From Verrucomicrobiota bacterium (GTDB lineage: Bacteria > Verrucomicrobiota > Verrucomicrobiia > Limisphaerales > CANJXF01): DNA of 24,239 bases. Location of the stretch: the NCBI GenBank assembly GCA_038214755.1, contig JBBQRQ010000079.1, forward strand, positions 1 through 24,239, given 5' to 3'. The translations under genes were made by a program, and so were the position numbers. The number at the start of each line of letters is the position of its first letter. Within the stretch, counting starts at the first letter, position 1. The notes under the pieces are model-generated. The model saw nothing but the letters and a program-made list of their open reading frames with translations, ran no database searches and had not been told where the DNA came from. This document shows, in pieces, positions 23,457 through 24,239 of the stretch.

Positions 23457-24239
23457 ATGGCTTTGGAAAAATCAAATCACGCGCTAAAAGCGACCTGGAT
23501 ATTATTTTTAGCGACGGTTTTTTGGGGTTTCAGTTTTCTCGGGATGAAAGCGCTGGGCCTCACCCAGAAAAAAATCCTACCCGAGGGAAGCTCCTGGTTT
23601 TTCGCCGCACTTTCCCTCGCGGTTCGCTTCGGATTCTCCGCGCTGATTTTGGCTTTCTGGTCGCTCCGAACTCTGCGCGATGTCAAGCGCAGCGAGCTTC
23701 AACAAGGAGCCGGACTCGGTCTCGTTGGAGGAATCGGACTTCTTCTGCAAATGGACGGAGTCAATTACACTTCGGCATCCACCGCCGCATTTTTGACGCA
23801 ATGTTACTGTTTGTTCATCCCGGTCGTTGTCGCCTTTCGGAAGAAAGCCTGGCCCGGCAAAACACTTTTACTCAGTTGCGCCATGGTCATCACGGGGGCG
23901 GCGATTCTCTCCAATGTGGATTGGGCACAACTGCATCTGGGTCGAGGCGAAGTGGAAGTTGTTGCCGCGTCGATTTTTTTCACGGCGCAAATTCTTTGGT
24001 TGGAAGATCCGAAATATTCCGGCAACAACGCCACGCACGTCACCCTCATCATGTTCGCAGTAAACTTCCTTTCCATCCTGCCGGTGTTTTTTCTCGTGAT
24101 GCCTTCGTGGTCAGCAGTGGCAGCGGTGTGCAATTCCATCCCCGTGCTGGCGCTCTACGCCGTCCTCACATTTTTTTGCACCCTGGCCGCTTACACCATG
24201 ATGAATTACTGGCAGCCACATATCGATGCGACCCGCGCT
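23457..24239 (+). CDS. DMT/EamA family transporter (runs off the window end; not in the ORF track)
   Basis: Manual translation: MALEKSNHALKATWILFLATVFWGFSF...VRFGFSALIL...GVNYTSASTAAFLTQ...; many TM helices and no stop codon before 24239. Confidence 0.88.
   Translation, partial: MALEKSNHALKATWILFLATVFWGFSFLGMKALGLTQKKILPEGSSWFFAALSLAVRFGFSALILAFWSLRTLRDVKRSELQQGAGLGLVGGIGLLLQMDGVNYTSASTAAFLTQCYCLFIPVVVAFRKKAWPGKTLLLSCAMVITGAAILSNVDWAQLHLGRGEVEVVAASIFFTAQILWLEDPKYSGNNATHVTLIMFAVNFLSILPVFFLVMPSWSAVAAVCNSIPVLALYAVLTFFCTLAAYTMMNYWQPHIDATRA

Overview
Bacterial chromosomal window; gene content and repeat style suggest Verrucomicrobiota/PVC (inference). The housekeeping backbone is an L,D-transpeptidase, argA, hisC, a BioD-like/DRTGG protein, pta, a Cu(I)-type P1B ATPase (copA) behind a CorE-like Cys-rich ECF sigma factor, a LysM-TPR/membrane protein/ABC ATPase operon, a frameshifted proA, an ATP-grasp-like protein, a GT2, an AsmA-like protein, a WxxGxW lipoprotein, an M20 dipeptidase and a partial EamA transporter. 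Small accessory modules are interleaved: DUF433/PIN and MazF-type toxin-antitoxin pairs, an orphan overlapping gene pair and tandem Uma2 nucleases. The strongest unexplained signal is a dense population of non-autonomous repeats: GTAG/GTGG-headed multi-hairpin REP-like elements and 7/8-mer tandem arrays. These are intergenic but also lie inside coding sequences: two palindromic elements are translated within copA, one extends the dipeptidase C-terminus, two heptamer arrays are in frame in the ATP-grasp gene, and one sits at the proA frameshift. Many genes have a TTGnnn-16/17-(T/C)AnnnT box 6-7 nt before the start codon (leaderless architecture). This corrects several ORF-track starts and indicates that the second Uma2 copy has lost its native start. 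No rRNA, tRNA, CRISPR array or transposase gene was seen.
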